From positions 1,416,783 through 1,480,782 of the forward strand of contig CM082580.2 of assembly GCA_040954595.2 (NCBI GenBank): a DNA stretch of 64,000 nt. The letters run 5' to 3'. Position numbers and translations under genes: made by a program. Within the stretch, counting starts at the first letter, position 1. Every line of letters starts with the position of its first letter. Below the pieces are notes generated by a model that searched no databases, was not told the origin of the DNA, and saw nothing but the letters and a program-made list of their open reading frames with translations. Source of the stretch: Balanoglossus misakiensis. Its lineage: Eukaryota > Animalia > Hemichordata. Shown here piece by piece: positions 1 through 11,613 of the stretch.

Positions 1-1
1 T

Positions 2-1669
2 CTTGAGCCAATTATATCATCTGAAGGCAAACAAGTCGGCTTAAAAAGAAACCCTGAGGAGTTGCTTATTAAGATTGCCAGTTTATATTTAAATATGGGG
101 GAAACACAGCCTGATATTCTTAACTGGTTCGGTAAACAGGAGGGCTCATTTCAAATCAGTATAGGTGCTGACGGGGCTCCGTTTGGCAAACATGGACAGG
201 CCACTGCATGGCTAGTTAGTTTCTTGAATGTGACCCACCGTGTTGCTAGCCCAGACCACAATTTTCTCCTATTAGGGGCAAACATAAAAGAGGATGACCC
301 CATAATGATTGAATTTGCAATTGCATTGTCAAAAGACCTTGAGTGTATTGAGAAACGTAAATATAAAGTTGGCAGTCTTGATGTAACTTTTCAGGTGTCA
401 CTTTTACCCTTTGATCAGAAGGGATTGGCCAGTGTGTCTGGAGAACTAAGCAATGCAGCAAAGTATTTCAGCTCATTTGCTAACGTTCCAAAAATGATAT
501 TGATTGTATTGGAGCAGAAATTGGCCCAGGTCAGAAGTGGGATGAATGGAAATATCAGAAAAGAATTAAAGATGCAGAAGCTGTTGAAAAGTTGAAGTCA
601 ACTAAGAAAATTAAAACTGGAAAGCCCAAAACAGTGCGACCCAAAATCACACAATTTATAGCCAGTCTGAGGTCAAGACAGGAATTTGTACCACCGTTGG
701 GTAGATTTATTGATTGTGCCAAGGCTGAGCCATTGCATTTAAAGAACAATGCATGGCAATACTACTTCCAACGATTACTGATTGACGCAGTTGCCCACAC
801 TTCGGAAAAGGGTCGTGAAAATGGAGTTAAAATTGAGAATCTACCTAACGAGTCATATCTGTACAAATTCCTGTCTGCCCTAAAATATCAAGTAAAAGCT
901 GGAAAGTTGTATAATAAGATTGTAAAATACTTCAATGAAAATAGTGTCAAGTCAAATGCCAACATTAATGTGGTTTATCGCTTCACTGGTGAGGAGTCTC
1001 GCAAACTTGCTTGGCATTTCATAGGATTGGTATTAGCATTGAGAAGCGATACAGACAGACCAAAGCGTCGGGCTCAATTAGCTCTCTACACATATACTGG
1101 TATCTTGCTTAGAGATATCACTTTGTTATTCTCACGATTCAACATAAATGAGGGAGATTTGCTTGTACTTAGGCATAAGTGTCGGTGGTACTTTAATCTA
1201 CATTCCCTGTTTCTGAATGTCAATAATACTGTGTGGCACATTGGTTATGTAGTCCCAAAACACACCACTAGTATCTATAAGCAATTCAGTCTGGGATTAG
1301 GCCTAAACACAATGGAAGGCAGAGAGGCAAAGCATCTACGCCTGCTAGAATTCAGTGAAAATTCTACACCTCAAAATAGGTGGGCCCTCATATTTCGACA
1401 CGAATATGTGATGCTTTTTTGGCTGAGGAACAAAAGTCCAAAAGCTGACAACTATAGAAATGCAAATGTAGGTCAATTTGAGCTTAAAGAAAAAGAAAAA
1501 TACATTCCCAGTCGATATTATGAGAATGCAGGCTACTGTATGTGTGGCAATTTAAAAAAATGAAACAATGACTGCCTGTGAAATATGTGTTGACCCAATT
1601 ATGGATGACATAAAAAAAGCAGCTGTCACTGGTAAAATATCAAATAAACTCAAGAAACTTATGCTGTGA
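2..1669 (+). pseudogene. RAG1/Transib-like DDE transposase, 5'-partial, with two frameshifts
   Basis: The frame is open from nt 2. Motifs occur in RAG1 order: IGADGAP (D at 170-172), LPFDQKG (D at 413-415), AEPLH, RFTGEESRKL, WHIGYVVPKH and NTMEGREAKH (E at 1324-1326). A frameshift at ~487 joins FANV to KNDIDCIGAEIGPGQKWDEW. A frameshift in the A7 run at 1554-1560 continues YCMCG into TACEICVDPIMDDIKKAAVTGKI, with a stop at 1667-1669. Confidence 0.65.
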
Positions 1670-1792
1670 ACAATGATTGAATTTGAAACAGTGGATTGTG
1701 TCACTGTGTGCTACTTTAGAATTAAAGGATAACTATAGTATTAATTACATTACAGAATTATAAAGACTCATCTGTAGTTGAGAGCTGCATTT

Positions 1793-1798
1793 AATAAA
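1793..1798 (+). terminator. Candidate polyadenylation signal AATAAA of the transposase gene
   Basis: AATAAA lies ~125 nt after the stop. A minus-strand AATAAA at 2388-2393 lies ~130 nt after the convergent ORF's stop. The background is AT-rich, so the evidence is weak. Confidence 0.3.
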
Positions 1799-2521
1799 AA
1801 TGGAGATCACAAATCACATGAATTCACACTTTTTGAACTGGAGATGATATGTTTCTTATGGGATTTTGTATATGTGTGCATGTATGGGGACAGGGAAATT
1901 GAAACTTATCTTACCACTATTAAGTATTGTGAATAAACCCTTAATCGTATAGTGATTGCAGTGCTTTGCAAAATTAAAATGTATGACATACATAAGCTTG
2001 ATAGAAAAGTTTTACATTTTTCTTGAGGAGTTGTTTATTCTGCACCTGCACGAAATTTTAATGAATTTGTGAAAAAATAAAGAATTAAGTCTCATCAAAT
2101 TCTTGATATTTATAAATTTTGTCATGGAATTAATTGTAAATATTAATTAAATTTAGACCAGAAATCCTGGTTAACTGTTAGATGAGCAGTTTTGATTGAC
2201 TTATCAATGTTGATTGTAGGTAACATACATTTTTTTCTGAAACTAATGAAAAATCTATGTTACAATAATGATGGAAAAAAAGAATTTTACAGTTTAGGAA
2301 ATTTTGTAAACATTATCTGTTCATTTGTATTGAATGTAGATAAATAAAGACAAGTGATGAATTTTTGAGTCTTCTAATTTTCCTTTTTTTATTTGAATAT
2401 ATGTCAATTGTGAGAGGACTGTCTTGACAGACTGATACATCTACACTGAACAACATGTGCCACAGATCAGGAAAAAAATGTTCCTCAGATGGGTTGAATC
2501 AGTGTGAAAAATCAATAGGGT

Positions 2522-3172
2522 TCAGTTCTCTGGATGTAATGGAATTCCATGTTTGTTCCAGGCACCAAAGCTGAATCTAACAGCAACAGTCTCCCTGTTG
2601 ATAAAATATTTCACAACACAGGGCTTCTCAGGTGTGAATATAACAGCTACCCTCTTTCCACGGACTTTCTTCTCTAGGATATTCTCTGTATGCTGACCGA
2701 TAGCGCCCTCGTAGCAATAACCTTTCCGTATCACATACAATAGCTTCAAGGAACTTGTGAAGGTCAAGGTTATGATAGCCCTGGAGGTCTTCTCGTCGAT
2801 ACCAAAACCGGTCCGAGTAGCAAACTGATGAAAAACATCAAATACTTCCCTCGGCATTTGTCGTGTAAAGCTGCTTTGCCATGGTGACCTTAACGACGGG
2901 GATGTTGACAGCCGAGCGTAGAAGGTCTTCTGCCAGTAGGTCATATCACGCTGAAACATGGGAAATACGGCGACGTCACGCCAACGAATCTTGTCCTTTG
3001 ACAGCTTGTCGTTTCGAAATATGGCCCTTGTTGTCACATCCTCAAGTTCATCAAAGAGTGGGTGTATATACAGATTGTCCGACACGCATTTTTTACGTTT
3101 AAGCACAGATTTTGCCTCTCGCAATTTGCGTTTTATAACTTTCTCGGCATCGATCAACACGGGCGCCGCCAT
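2522..3172 (-). CDS. Uncharacterised basic 216-aa protein, accessory gene of the RAG1-like transposon
   Basis: Uninterrupted intronless ORF with a good ATG context (AAGATGGCG), starting 86 bp inside the element end. It has a K/R-rich NLS-like N-terminus (KRKLREAKSVLKRKK) and no domain I recognise. Confidence 0.7.
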   Translation of the reverse strand: MAAPVLIDAEKVIKRKLREAKSVLKRKKCVSDNLYIHPLFDELEDVTTRAIFRNDKLSKDKIRWRDVAVFPMFQRDMTYWQKTFYARLSTSPSLRSPWQSSFTRQMPREVFDVFHQFATRTGFGIDEKTSRAIITLTFTSSLKLLYVIRKGYCYEGAIGQHTENILEKKVRGKRVAVIFTPEKPCVVKYFINRETVAVRFSFGAWNKHGIPLHPEN

Positions 3173-3176
3173 CTTG
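3164..3176 (-). promoter_or_regulatory. YY1-type motif CAAGATGGCGGCG overlapping the start codon
   Basis: Matches the YY1 consensus (CAAGATGGCGGC) within a CpG-rich patch at the element terminus. It may partly reflect Kozak context plus Met-Ala-Ala codons. Confidence 0.35.
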
Positions 3177-3258
3177 GCAATGCGTTGCTATGGTGAACAT
3201 GGGAGCTCGCGCTTCGCGGAATACTGCCCAACATAGCTCTAGTATTTCCCGCAGTGTG

Positions 3259-5075
3259 TAACAGCTTTTCACCAAATTGGACCATTGGCGAATTGAACTC
3301 TCTGTACAGGATCCCATCTTTCATGATGAACTTCAACCTACCTCCATTCCTAGTCACTTTCTCGTCACCCAAAATTGCCTTCTCACGTAGTTTGTCAAGA
3401 GTGGAGTCTTCTTCTTGAGCTTGTTGAAGCTTCCCTGGCATCACCACTTCACCAACAGCTTTAGGTACTTTAAGCTCTCTGATTGGTTTTTGGTTGGCTA
3501 TCTTCTGGGCTCTGGTCTCCACAGCATTTGCTAAACCTGGTACCTGTCCAACAGTTGTACACAGTCTACATGTCGGCAATGGTTCCTGCCATGTAGTATC
3601 AGGATTCGAAGGGTCAGATACACCATCAATGTTGCCCAGTATTAAATCATACACATGGTTCATCATGCACAGTGCAGTAACATCACCAACAAAGTAAGGG
3701 GTATCAACTTTTATAGAGGCTACAGGTACTCTTCTAATAGTCCCATCTATCAGAACACACGTCCTGTACTCACCAGTCAGCTGATTACTTGACACCAGAC
3801 TTCTTCGAACTACCACGCTACTACACCCACTATCACGCAAAACGCTAACCAGCTTACCATCGAGCAATCCCTTCATTACCGGCATCTTCTTCACTCCATG
3901 GGCACTACAAGCAGCACTCATCACTGGGAGCTTATGACCACATGGTAACACGAACTCCTTATTCAGTGTTGCATCTGTTTAGCTATTTCCATTGCTACCA
4001 CCATACATGCATAACCAGTGTCTAGTCCCCTGGGCTGTTGACGGTTGCCCCAATGTGTACATTCTTGTTTAGGTGGATAGTTTCTATCTTCTTCAGTTAA
4101 CAATACCGCCGTCTTATGCATCTTTGGCTTACTTCTACAATCTTTGGCCATATGACCACCTTTACCACATACGAAGCACGTACCTTTAAAAACATGGGAA
4201 CCATTGGTTTTGTTATTAAACTTATTTACTTGATTTGGATATACAGCAGGCTTGGTATTTGCTGTCGGCTGGCTCCTTGGATTATTCTTGGCATTACTTG
4301 GCAGTTTCCACCACCCTCGGGCATCTAAGTATTTTGAGGCAGTAGATACCATCTCTTGGACATTCTCTGGCCGTCGCTCTCTAATGAACATTGCCATGTC
4401 TCTGGAACATACTCCAATAAACTGCTCTCGAAGTAACAGATCTGTAAGCCCATTGTACGTCTTTGGAGTACCAGCCAGTTCTACCCATCTGCCCAAATAG
4501 TCACCAATACGGTCCATAAACTTTTGAGCACTTTCATCATAATGTGGCATACACGAACGGAACTTGTCATGAAAACTCTCCTCACTTAACTGGTAAGCCC
4601 TCAATAACTCTGGTTTCAATTCATCATAATTATTTGCAGACGCTGCAGGCATTTGGTTGTATGTGGATACATCCTTACCTTGTAACAATATGCACTGAGA
4701 TTCACCCCCAGTCATCTTTTTCCCACTTCTGAGCAGTGGCGTAGCGCTGAAAACGTTGAAGGTACGCATCCATATCATCAACATCCTCACGAAAACCCTG
4801 TAGTCTCGGAGCACGCGCTTTGGCCAAATTATTTTCAGTAACCTGCTGTTCTGTATTTTCCCCTTTCAATTTTAATTCTTGTAAGTGAATTTGCATTTTC
4901 AGTATCTCTCTCTCATGTTCCTCGCGCCGCCTATTATCTTCTCTCTGCTCCTCTCTCTCAGTAGCCCTAAGATCCCTCTGTCTAATTTGTTCCTCTCTAA
5001 CATAATCTTTTAAAGCAGTCCCTTCCAACCCAAATTTTCTCCCTATCTTAGATATTCTTTCTGCATATATGCTTT
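3259..5075 (-). pseudogene. Frameshifted gag-protease-(integrase linker) polyprotein
   Basis: Three consecutive ORF pieces (5028-4702, 4814-3963, 3951-3259) with frameshifts near 4700 and 3960. Motifs: MDAYLQRFQRYA, CCHC, DSG, AVETRAQ, LQQAQEEDSTL, DGILYR. Confidence 0.85.
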
Positions 5076-5347
5076 GCTGTATCGCGATTTACAACCCCCA
5101 GTTTGACAACCCCTAGCAGTACAGGGCATTCAGCACAAGTCAACACAGCCAAACGCACGACGCAAACCAACACGGCCCATATTATATAGCAGGAAACCAC
5201 AAGCGCACATACAGTAACAGTACTAGCCTACAGACCCAGCACCGTCTTCACAATTTGCAGAATCTCTACCTAGCAAAACCATGGTCTCCACTATATGGCA
5301 ACAATTTATGATAGTATACAAACAAATGCACAACAAAACGATAAAAC

Positions 5348-5364
5348 TCCCGGACGAGCCCCCA
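5348..5364 (-). promoter_or_regulatory. Primer-binding site complementary to tRNA-Pro 3' end
   Basis: Minus strand reads TGACA-TT-TGGGGGCTCGTCCGGGA, the classical tRNA-Pro PBS, 2 nt after the LTR end. Confidence 0.9.
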
Positions 5365-5366
5365 AA

Positions 5367-6663
5367 TGTCAGAGGTGGAGGGCACCCCTCTGATTCCAGG
5401 ATAAATATTGAGCAGCTCTCAGTGCCAAGGAGTAAACATCCGTGGATAAGGTATGGGGAGAAACTACACAAACCAGTGCGGATACAATAATACAGTTGAT
5501 TTAATTTAAATCAATTAAATAATATAAAGATAATACTAGGAATATAATTTTTGTGCACAATATGCACAATATCAAATGTCTCTGTCCTAACCAATTTAGC
5601 AGGTACAGGTATGCTGATACAATTGGTCATACAATACAATGGGTTACTTAATATATTACATAAATGAATATATTCACAATATCACTATAGTTTATTGTCT
5701 ATTGCATATTGTCTAAACAATGGTAAGTGTCACTTAGCTGTATATAACATTCATAGTAAACAATCATGATTCAACCACAATATGGGATGGAGTCCTGTAT
5801 AGATGAACGATGTAGCGACGATCCACATTACACATACAATCTGTGATACACCATGTTTTCTACCACTTGTAGTCCTCCAGTAGTCAAGTAAACACACTGA
5901 AGACTGACTTGTTAGATGCAAGTCTTGGGTTAAATGGCTGAATGAAAAATCAACAAACATTGACTGAAATGTCCACCTTAGCAACTGTTCACAAATGAAT
6001 ACTGACGTTTCTCAATAATAATTATCAGAAATTTGGACTAGTTAAAGCGTCATGATTACATGTGATATCATGGAAAATTATGCTTTAACTATGACCGTCC
6101 TATTACTTACAAATTGTCGAATTTGACATAAATATCCATAAAATATAAATTTAAGTTATAGTAAATAAATAAACAAATACATTACTTACACGAGAATTCT
6201 TCACCACACTTCATGCTCAGCAATACCGGGTCTATAGGATGGTTCCACAGAACTCTGCTTGGAGCAATTTCCAGCCACACCACATACGACCATGCCAGCC
6301 ACGCCAATCGCCCGACCACACCGGTTTGCACTGAATAAGCACAATTCTGCTTTCTAGAAGTACTGAATTTACTTCCACTCGAATTGCAGAAACAGTGGTC
6401 CTGAGAGCACTAATGCGCGCTACAGCATTACATGGACACAGCAAGGTATGGTGCAATATTTCCCCTAGTATTTCTACTCACTGAGCAGGGAGACCCGACT
6501 TGTTGCTCCCTTCAAGACCTAAATTGAAGTGTGCTCTCTTACTACACGAAACTTAGCTAACGAAGCCCTATTCATTAACATGACAATACACGGTGTCACT
6601 ACACCTGAAATTATGCGGGCACCTGGGTTTCCACTGACTCCAGTACTACCTAATTATATGACA
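5367..6663 (-). repeat. 5' LTR (~1.3 kb) of the decayed Gypsy element
   Basis: The inner end TGTCA at 5367 is fixed by the PBS. The outer end is taken as TGACA ending at 6663; TGACA ending at 6938 is an alternative. There is no second LTR to confirm it. Confidence 0.55.
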
Positions 6664-9379
6664 AGTTGGGACCGACAGTCGAGACCCATACAGCATTACA
6701 ATCAACAAATAGTAAAAAAAATAAAAAAGTAAACAAAAAACAGGAAAACATTTTAAAAATACAAATAAAATTATGAAACTACTAAAAAAACAAAACAAAA
6801 ACAAAAACAACACAAAAACACAAAACAACAAGCGAGGTCAATAAAGATTAACGCTTACAAAGATAGAAAAAGTAAGACTGTTGTGATTATTGCTGGAATA
6901 GGCAATGTTTTAATCTACCTGCAAATACTGGTGTGACAAAGATTGTCGGCCAGTCAACATCACCAACGATATTAACAATATAAAAATAAATAAAATTTCA
7001 ACGATTCAACTTCTTTTCTAGCTTCCTATCTGGATAGTTTGTTTTATTTTACTCTAAAGATCACCTTTCTTCTAGGCCACGTGGCAAGAGACGTTTTCAA
7101 CTTCTACTATCATCGATGCGAGAGTACTATAGTATTCTCATATACACAGACAAAGGCCACCAAAATAAGAGAATCATTTGGTCAAATGGTAGAGGGCGCA
7201 AAAACAGATATTTCAAATGACAAAATTTTCCGATAAACGTGTTTAATCAAATCAAACTGTGCTCAATGGTATTCTTGCAAAAATTGAATACACATGAAAC
7301 AAAATACAGCAACTGCCATGAACAACAAGTTTATTCATGACAAAATTCAATTTTTTTAATCAGTGATTTCCATTATCAGCTGAAAACTAAAATTAGATTG
7401 TCATCTTGAACAGTATAAAATCAGCGAGCAATTAGACATTAAGTACCCAGCATACTAAAATAAAACCATGTAAACATGCACAATTAGATAATCAAAGATT
7501 TTTTATTTATTCACCATGATGTTTTTAATTTATGTCAAATCAAAGTACTTGAAGTTATGGAAGATCAATTAAAATAGAAAACTGTAATTTTAATGGCTCG
7601 GTAATGTATCCAATTTCTGCCCAATATATGAAATTTCCGAGTCAGCAACTGAAGAATTCGTGGGGAAAATATTTACGTGATGTGTAACAGAATTCACTTG
7701 GAAGTAAGGAGTTTTTGTAAAATCAACATGCATATTACAATTTATTTGTAAAAACTTGATTGGCAATGGAAAATTGGCGTTTAAATATATAGTACTTCAA
7801 GATGAACAGATAAAATATAAGTTATTACAGATGTCATTTTACGACAACAAGGAATGTTCAATCGTTCTTTAATATCTTTAATGATACCAGGTCAAAGGTC
7901 ACCTTTGCAAATTCAACCACTGGTACCATAGCCATTTCAAATGTAGCCAAAAGTGCGCCACCACTTTCTTCAAACATACTGAAACCATCTACAGGTTACT
8001 GTAGTCCTATATCTCTTGGCATCCATGGCAGTTTAGCTAGACATGAGCTGGCAAGGGGTGACCTGCAAGCTTTGAACTCTGGCTTCGGTAATGTCGACTC
8101 TGGCTCTGGCATATACTTGCAGGTCCATATGACCTTGGGGTGAACATGGTCATGAAGAAATAAATAGAATCTGTTTGGTACATTGTCAACTTCATTTTAA
8201 ACTTTCAAAAAAATAACAATATGGTGAGTAATGTTTTTGTTGTTTTCAAAGAGACTCACCATACACTTTAGTAAATCAAAGACTTGAAAAAGTTTTGAGG
8301 ACTATCATTTGTCTGAATCTCGGACCGCGAGGCACATACTACCTTAAATAGTTTCACTCGCAGCTTCTTGTGGGCAGTTTCTCCTTGCGTACCTGTACAG
8401 ACACACCAGGAGACCGATCCCGATGAACAACGACACCCACATGAAAACATTCAAGCGTCTGGTCACACCCATTTCCGTCAAACAAGAACATGAATGAAAC
8501 TGCGGAGGAAGAGAACGGGAGAGTGCCCATTAACCCTGTAATGGCCAATCATTTACTGGCACAAGGTTCAGGATGTACGATCACTGGAGTTGAAAATAAG
8601 GTCATGGATTTGAAAATCATTTTGAGTTATGAAATTGAAATACATATTTTTCATTGTGGATTCTCCGACATAAATATTATCAAAATCAATAAGGGTTGGC
8701 TTTTTAATTTATGACATATAACGCCATGAATCTAGCCCATTAATACAAAGGCAATACTTAAACACATTTCGGGGTAGCGTTATGACAACTTGAAGAAAGT
8801 ATGAATACAAACTTTCTAAAGTAATATTTTAAAGGTTGGCGTATTGCTTAGCATAATCATTTTTCCGTTTGCTGTGACATTTGTCTCCCTGTGAGAGTTT
8901 AAGTAAATGTAGAGTCACGCAAATTAGGCAACATCAATATCCCATACGTAATTCAGTGTGTTTTGTTCGCATTTTTGGTTTTCATTTTGAAAATGAACAA
9001 AGGACTTTCCTATCATTGACCAACACTCGTATGAATACATCCAAATTACCCAACTTTAATTTCCCTTAAAGAATTGGTCAGCTCTGCGAATATATTTCAC
9101 CTGACCACTTCCTTTGCTAAGGAAGAGTGTTGTTTATGTAATAATATTTTTATAATATTTATAACTTATGTAGCACATTAAATCTCAACGTGCTTTAAGT
9201 TGTCCCATGGTCATTTGAGCTAGGATGTTGGACCTAAATATTCCATTCAACTCCCTGGGGAGCAAACAACATCTCACCATCATTAGAAATGCCAAATTAC
9301 AGTGCTTTTGGCCACGTATTAACCTGGGGATTTACAGTTAACTTTAAATACACACGCATATGCATTTAATCCCCATGTG

Positions 9380-9721
9380 AGGGACAAAGTCTCTCTCTCG
9401 CTGCCCTTTTCCCATATTATATTTGATAAGAGACACCGTTTGTTATTCTACATGTGGATATATAGCGAATGAACGTTCAACCACACACAACTTCCATCCC
9501 TCTTATAGACAGGAGAGTGAAAAACTCGCCAAAATGAATAATCGTTCTTTACCATTTATTCATTTTGGGCGAGTTTTTACTCTCATATCGTACAAACGAG
9601 ACGGAAGTTGTGTGTGGTCGAATGTTGATTCACCATATATCCACATGTAGAATAACATCAATGGCGTCTTGTATCATACATAATTAATTGAAAAAAGGCA
9701 GCGATGAGAGACTTTGCCCCT
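9380..9721. mobile_element. Palindromic TTAA-specific MITE (non-autonomous Kolobok-like)
   Basis: AGGGACAAAGTCTCTC...GAGAGACTTTGCCCCT|TTAA. The element is nearly all inverted repeat and its arms match the Kolobok end at ~25530-25713. The left flank is deleted relative to the 27473 copy. Confidence 0.8.
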
Positions 9722-9804
9722 TTAAACAATTGGTCAGCTCTGCGAATATAGTTCACCTGACCACTTCCTTTGCTAAGTAAGAGTGTTGTTTATGTAATAA
9801 TATC

Positions 9805-10149
9805 AATATAATATTTATTACTTATATAGCACATTATGCAATAAATCTCAATGTGCTGCTTTGAAGTGTTTCCCATGGTAATTTGACCTAGGTCGTTGGA
9901 CCTAAAATATTCCATTCCACTCCATGGGGAGCAAACAACAGCTCACATGTGCAGCTTTTATATCAGCAAAGCAGACCTATACATACACATTACAATATCC
10001 GATCCACCAAATTACCCTTTTCTTATAGGCGGGGAGAGGCAAGGAGATGTAAATTGCCTTGCCAGAGGACACAACACCACAACCATGCCAGGGATCAAAC
10101 TCTTGATTCTTTGATTATGGGTCTGATGCTCTAACCACTGGACTATGAC
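9805..10149 (-). mobile_element. tRNA-derived SINE with a CORE-like segment
   Basis: Minus strand shows A box TAGTCCAGTGG, B-box-like GAGTTTGATCCC, then GTGTCCTCTGGCAAGGCAATTTAC and a GTGCTATATAAG/AT-rich tail. A second copy is at 27890-28217. Confidence 0.75.
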
Positions 10150-10924
10150 ATTAATTTGAGGCCATCGCTTTCGTCAATTTCCCTGCGCTCCCCCTGGTAG
10201 TTTACGTCCAGTCCCTTACTTGTAATTGTCTTTGTTTGGCAACTGCAGGCCAAAAAGTTTTACTACCATGAATAAATCTACCCTAATCGATTATTCATAA
10301 AAGTACAACGTTTTTTTTTTGGAACTACTGTCGACATTGTAAAAACCCCAGGTAGTAACTTGGGGGTGAAACAAGGCAACTCTCAGTAGCTCCTGGGAAC
10401 AGTTCAATTTCATGGTCATATCATTAAATGTGCTGGTCCAGTGAAAAAAAATGGGTCTCATGAACGTTCCCCAATTCATGACTCATCGCCAAGGTCCTTG
10501 GAATGAAGCACATTTTAAAACAGGCAACTGGTCTGGTCTTTTGCTTTGTCAACTTTCGACAAGCTTTAGCCGTGCATGCCCTGTAAGTCACAATGCACAT
10601 TAGACATCAACATTACTTTAGAACATGGTGAATTTCACACAGTGTGTAGGTTATATTATTGACTGCTACAATATTTTCAGTGTTTGGGTGTAAAATGAAC
10701 CCAGGTAGCTGGCAGTTGAAACACTACTGAACAAACAGTTTCATGTCAATGTAATCCAGACATTATCACTGAAGAGGTGTGAACGAGCGAAGACATTCAG
10801 GAGGCTCCTCTGTGCAAACACTGCCCTTGGCTACCAGCTGTGAAGTGATATGATAGAATTGTACCACATCAACTAGCAAGGCCCTGCACTGTAAGATGTT
10901 AAGTGTTATTTTTTGTGTGTTTTA

Positions 10925-11592
10925 TTTGGTCCCATTTGTATAGGTATATACAGTGGGACCTTATGGATTTGGTTGCGTCTGTATGTATGTATGGACATAT
11001 GGACGGATAGATGGATGTATGTCCGTACACATCAAAAACTTGAAAACCGTTGCGCCAATAACCTCGATATTTGGTGTGTAGATGCATGCTAGGCTGTAGA
11101 TGGGAGTTTGTTCAAACGAAGTTGTCATTGCCAAAAATATATACAAATTAGCTTGGAAAACCTTAATTTGGTCAAAACTCAGAAACACGACAAGTCCTGG
11201 TCATGTTGATTTGAAAAAATGGTATGATAGTACCTTATATTAGCCTCACACATTTCTGTATGTTTTAAGCTAATAGTGTGAATTTTCTACTTGTTATGCA
11301 TTTTTTTGTCTTTTTCCACATTTTTGGTAAAAAATCTACTTTTCTGGAATTGATCAGCCGACTTCTGTGAAATTTACTATGGAGCTTCATATAGGTGATC
11401 TGAGTTACATGATGGATACCAACGTAAAACCACATATTGCCACCAGTCAAATATGTTGAAAACAGTGTCATATTTGCTACCGAAACAGATCCTACTGTAT
11501 CCTTTAACACCCCATTAGGGAACATGTATTCAAAGCATAGTAAGTTTCCACAGTGGGAAAAATACATGCAGTAAATGTCACAGTGCATTGTT
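10925..11592 (+). mobile_element. Helentron-associated non-autonomous element (HINE/DINE-1/pearl-like)
   Basis: 5' TTGGTCCCA...TGGGACC stem, followed by a degenerate GTAT/GGAC tetranucleotide microsatellite. The 3' end has a CAGTGGGA subterminal repeat and ATGCA...TGCAT hairpin before TGTT, with a T-rich left flank. Confidence 0.6.
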
Positions 11593-11613
11593 AACAATGC
11601 ATAAATTAGATAA

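Larger units (their letters stand above)
1..3258 (+). mobile_element. Right part of a RAG1/Transib-like DNA transposon with two convergent genes; left end lies outside the window
   Basis: DDE transposase-like frame at 2-1669 and convergent ORF at 3172-2522. At 3258/3259 the neighbouring Gypsy pol frame (GILYREFNSPMVQFGEKLL) breaks abruptly into CACACTGCGGGAAATACTAG (minus strand), a CAC-starting terminus. The partner TIR and TSD are not visible. Confidence 0.65.
3259..6663 (-). mobile_element. Decayed Gypsy LTR retrotransposon (Gmr1/SCAN-like), 5' part: LTR, PBS, gag, protease and start of integrase region
   Basis: Gag has a SCAN-like segment (LLLREQFIGVCSRDMAMFIRERRP) and a CCHC knuckle (CFVCGKGGHMAKDC). 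Protease motif is VLRDSGCS. A PBS abuts TGACA. The element is interrupted at 3258. Confidence 0.85.
8852..10149 (+). repeat. Composite duplicated segment (old tandem repeat, SINE fragment, satellite stub, MITE, SINE)
   Basis: Colinear with ~26890-28217. The first ~520 bp also recur at ~12957-13470. Confidence 0.85.

Noticed and set aside
2522-3172. RAG2-like identity of the convergent ORF
   Set aside because: No kelch GG repeats, acidic hinge or PHD cysteine pattern, and the protein is too short.
3215-3258. Complete RSS (heptamer-spacer-nonamer)
   Set aside because: The heptamer-like CACACTG is present, but there is no ACAAAAACC-like nonamer at 12 or 23 bp.
10085-10149. tRNA gene
   Set aside because: The boxes are degenerate and continue into a SINE body and tail, so this is a SINE head.
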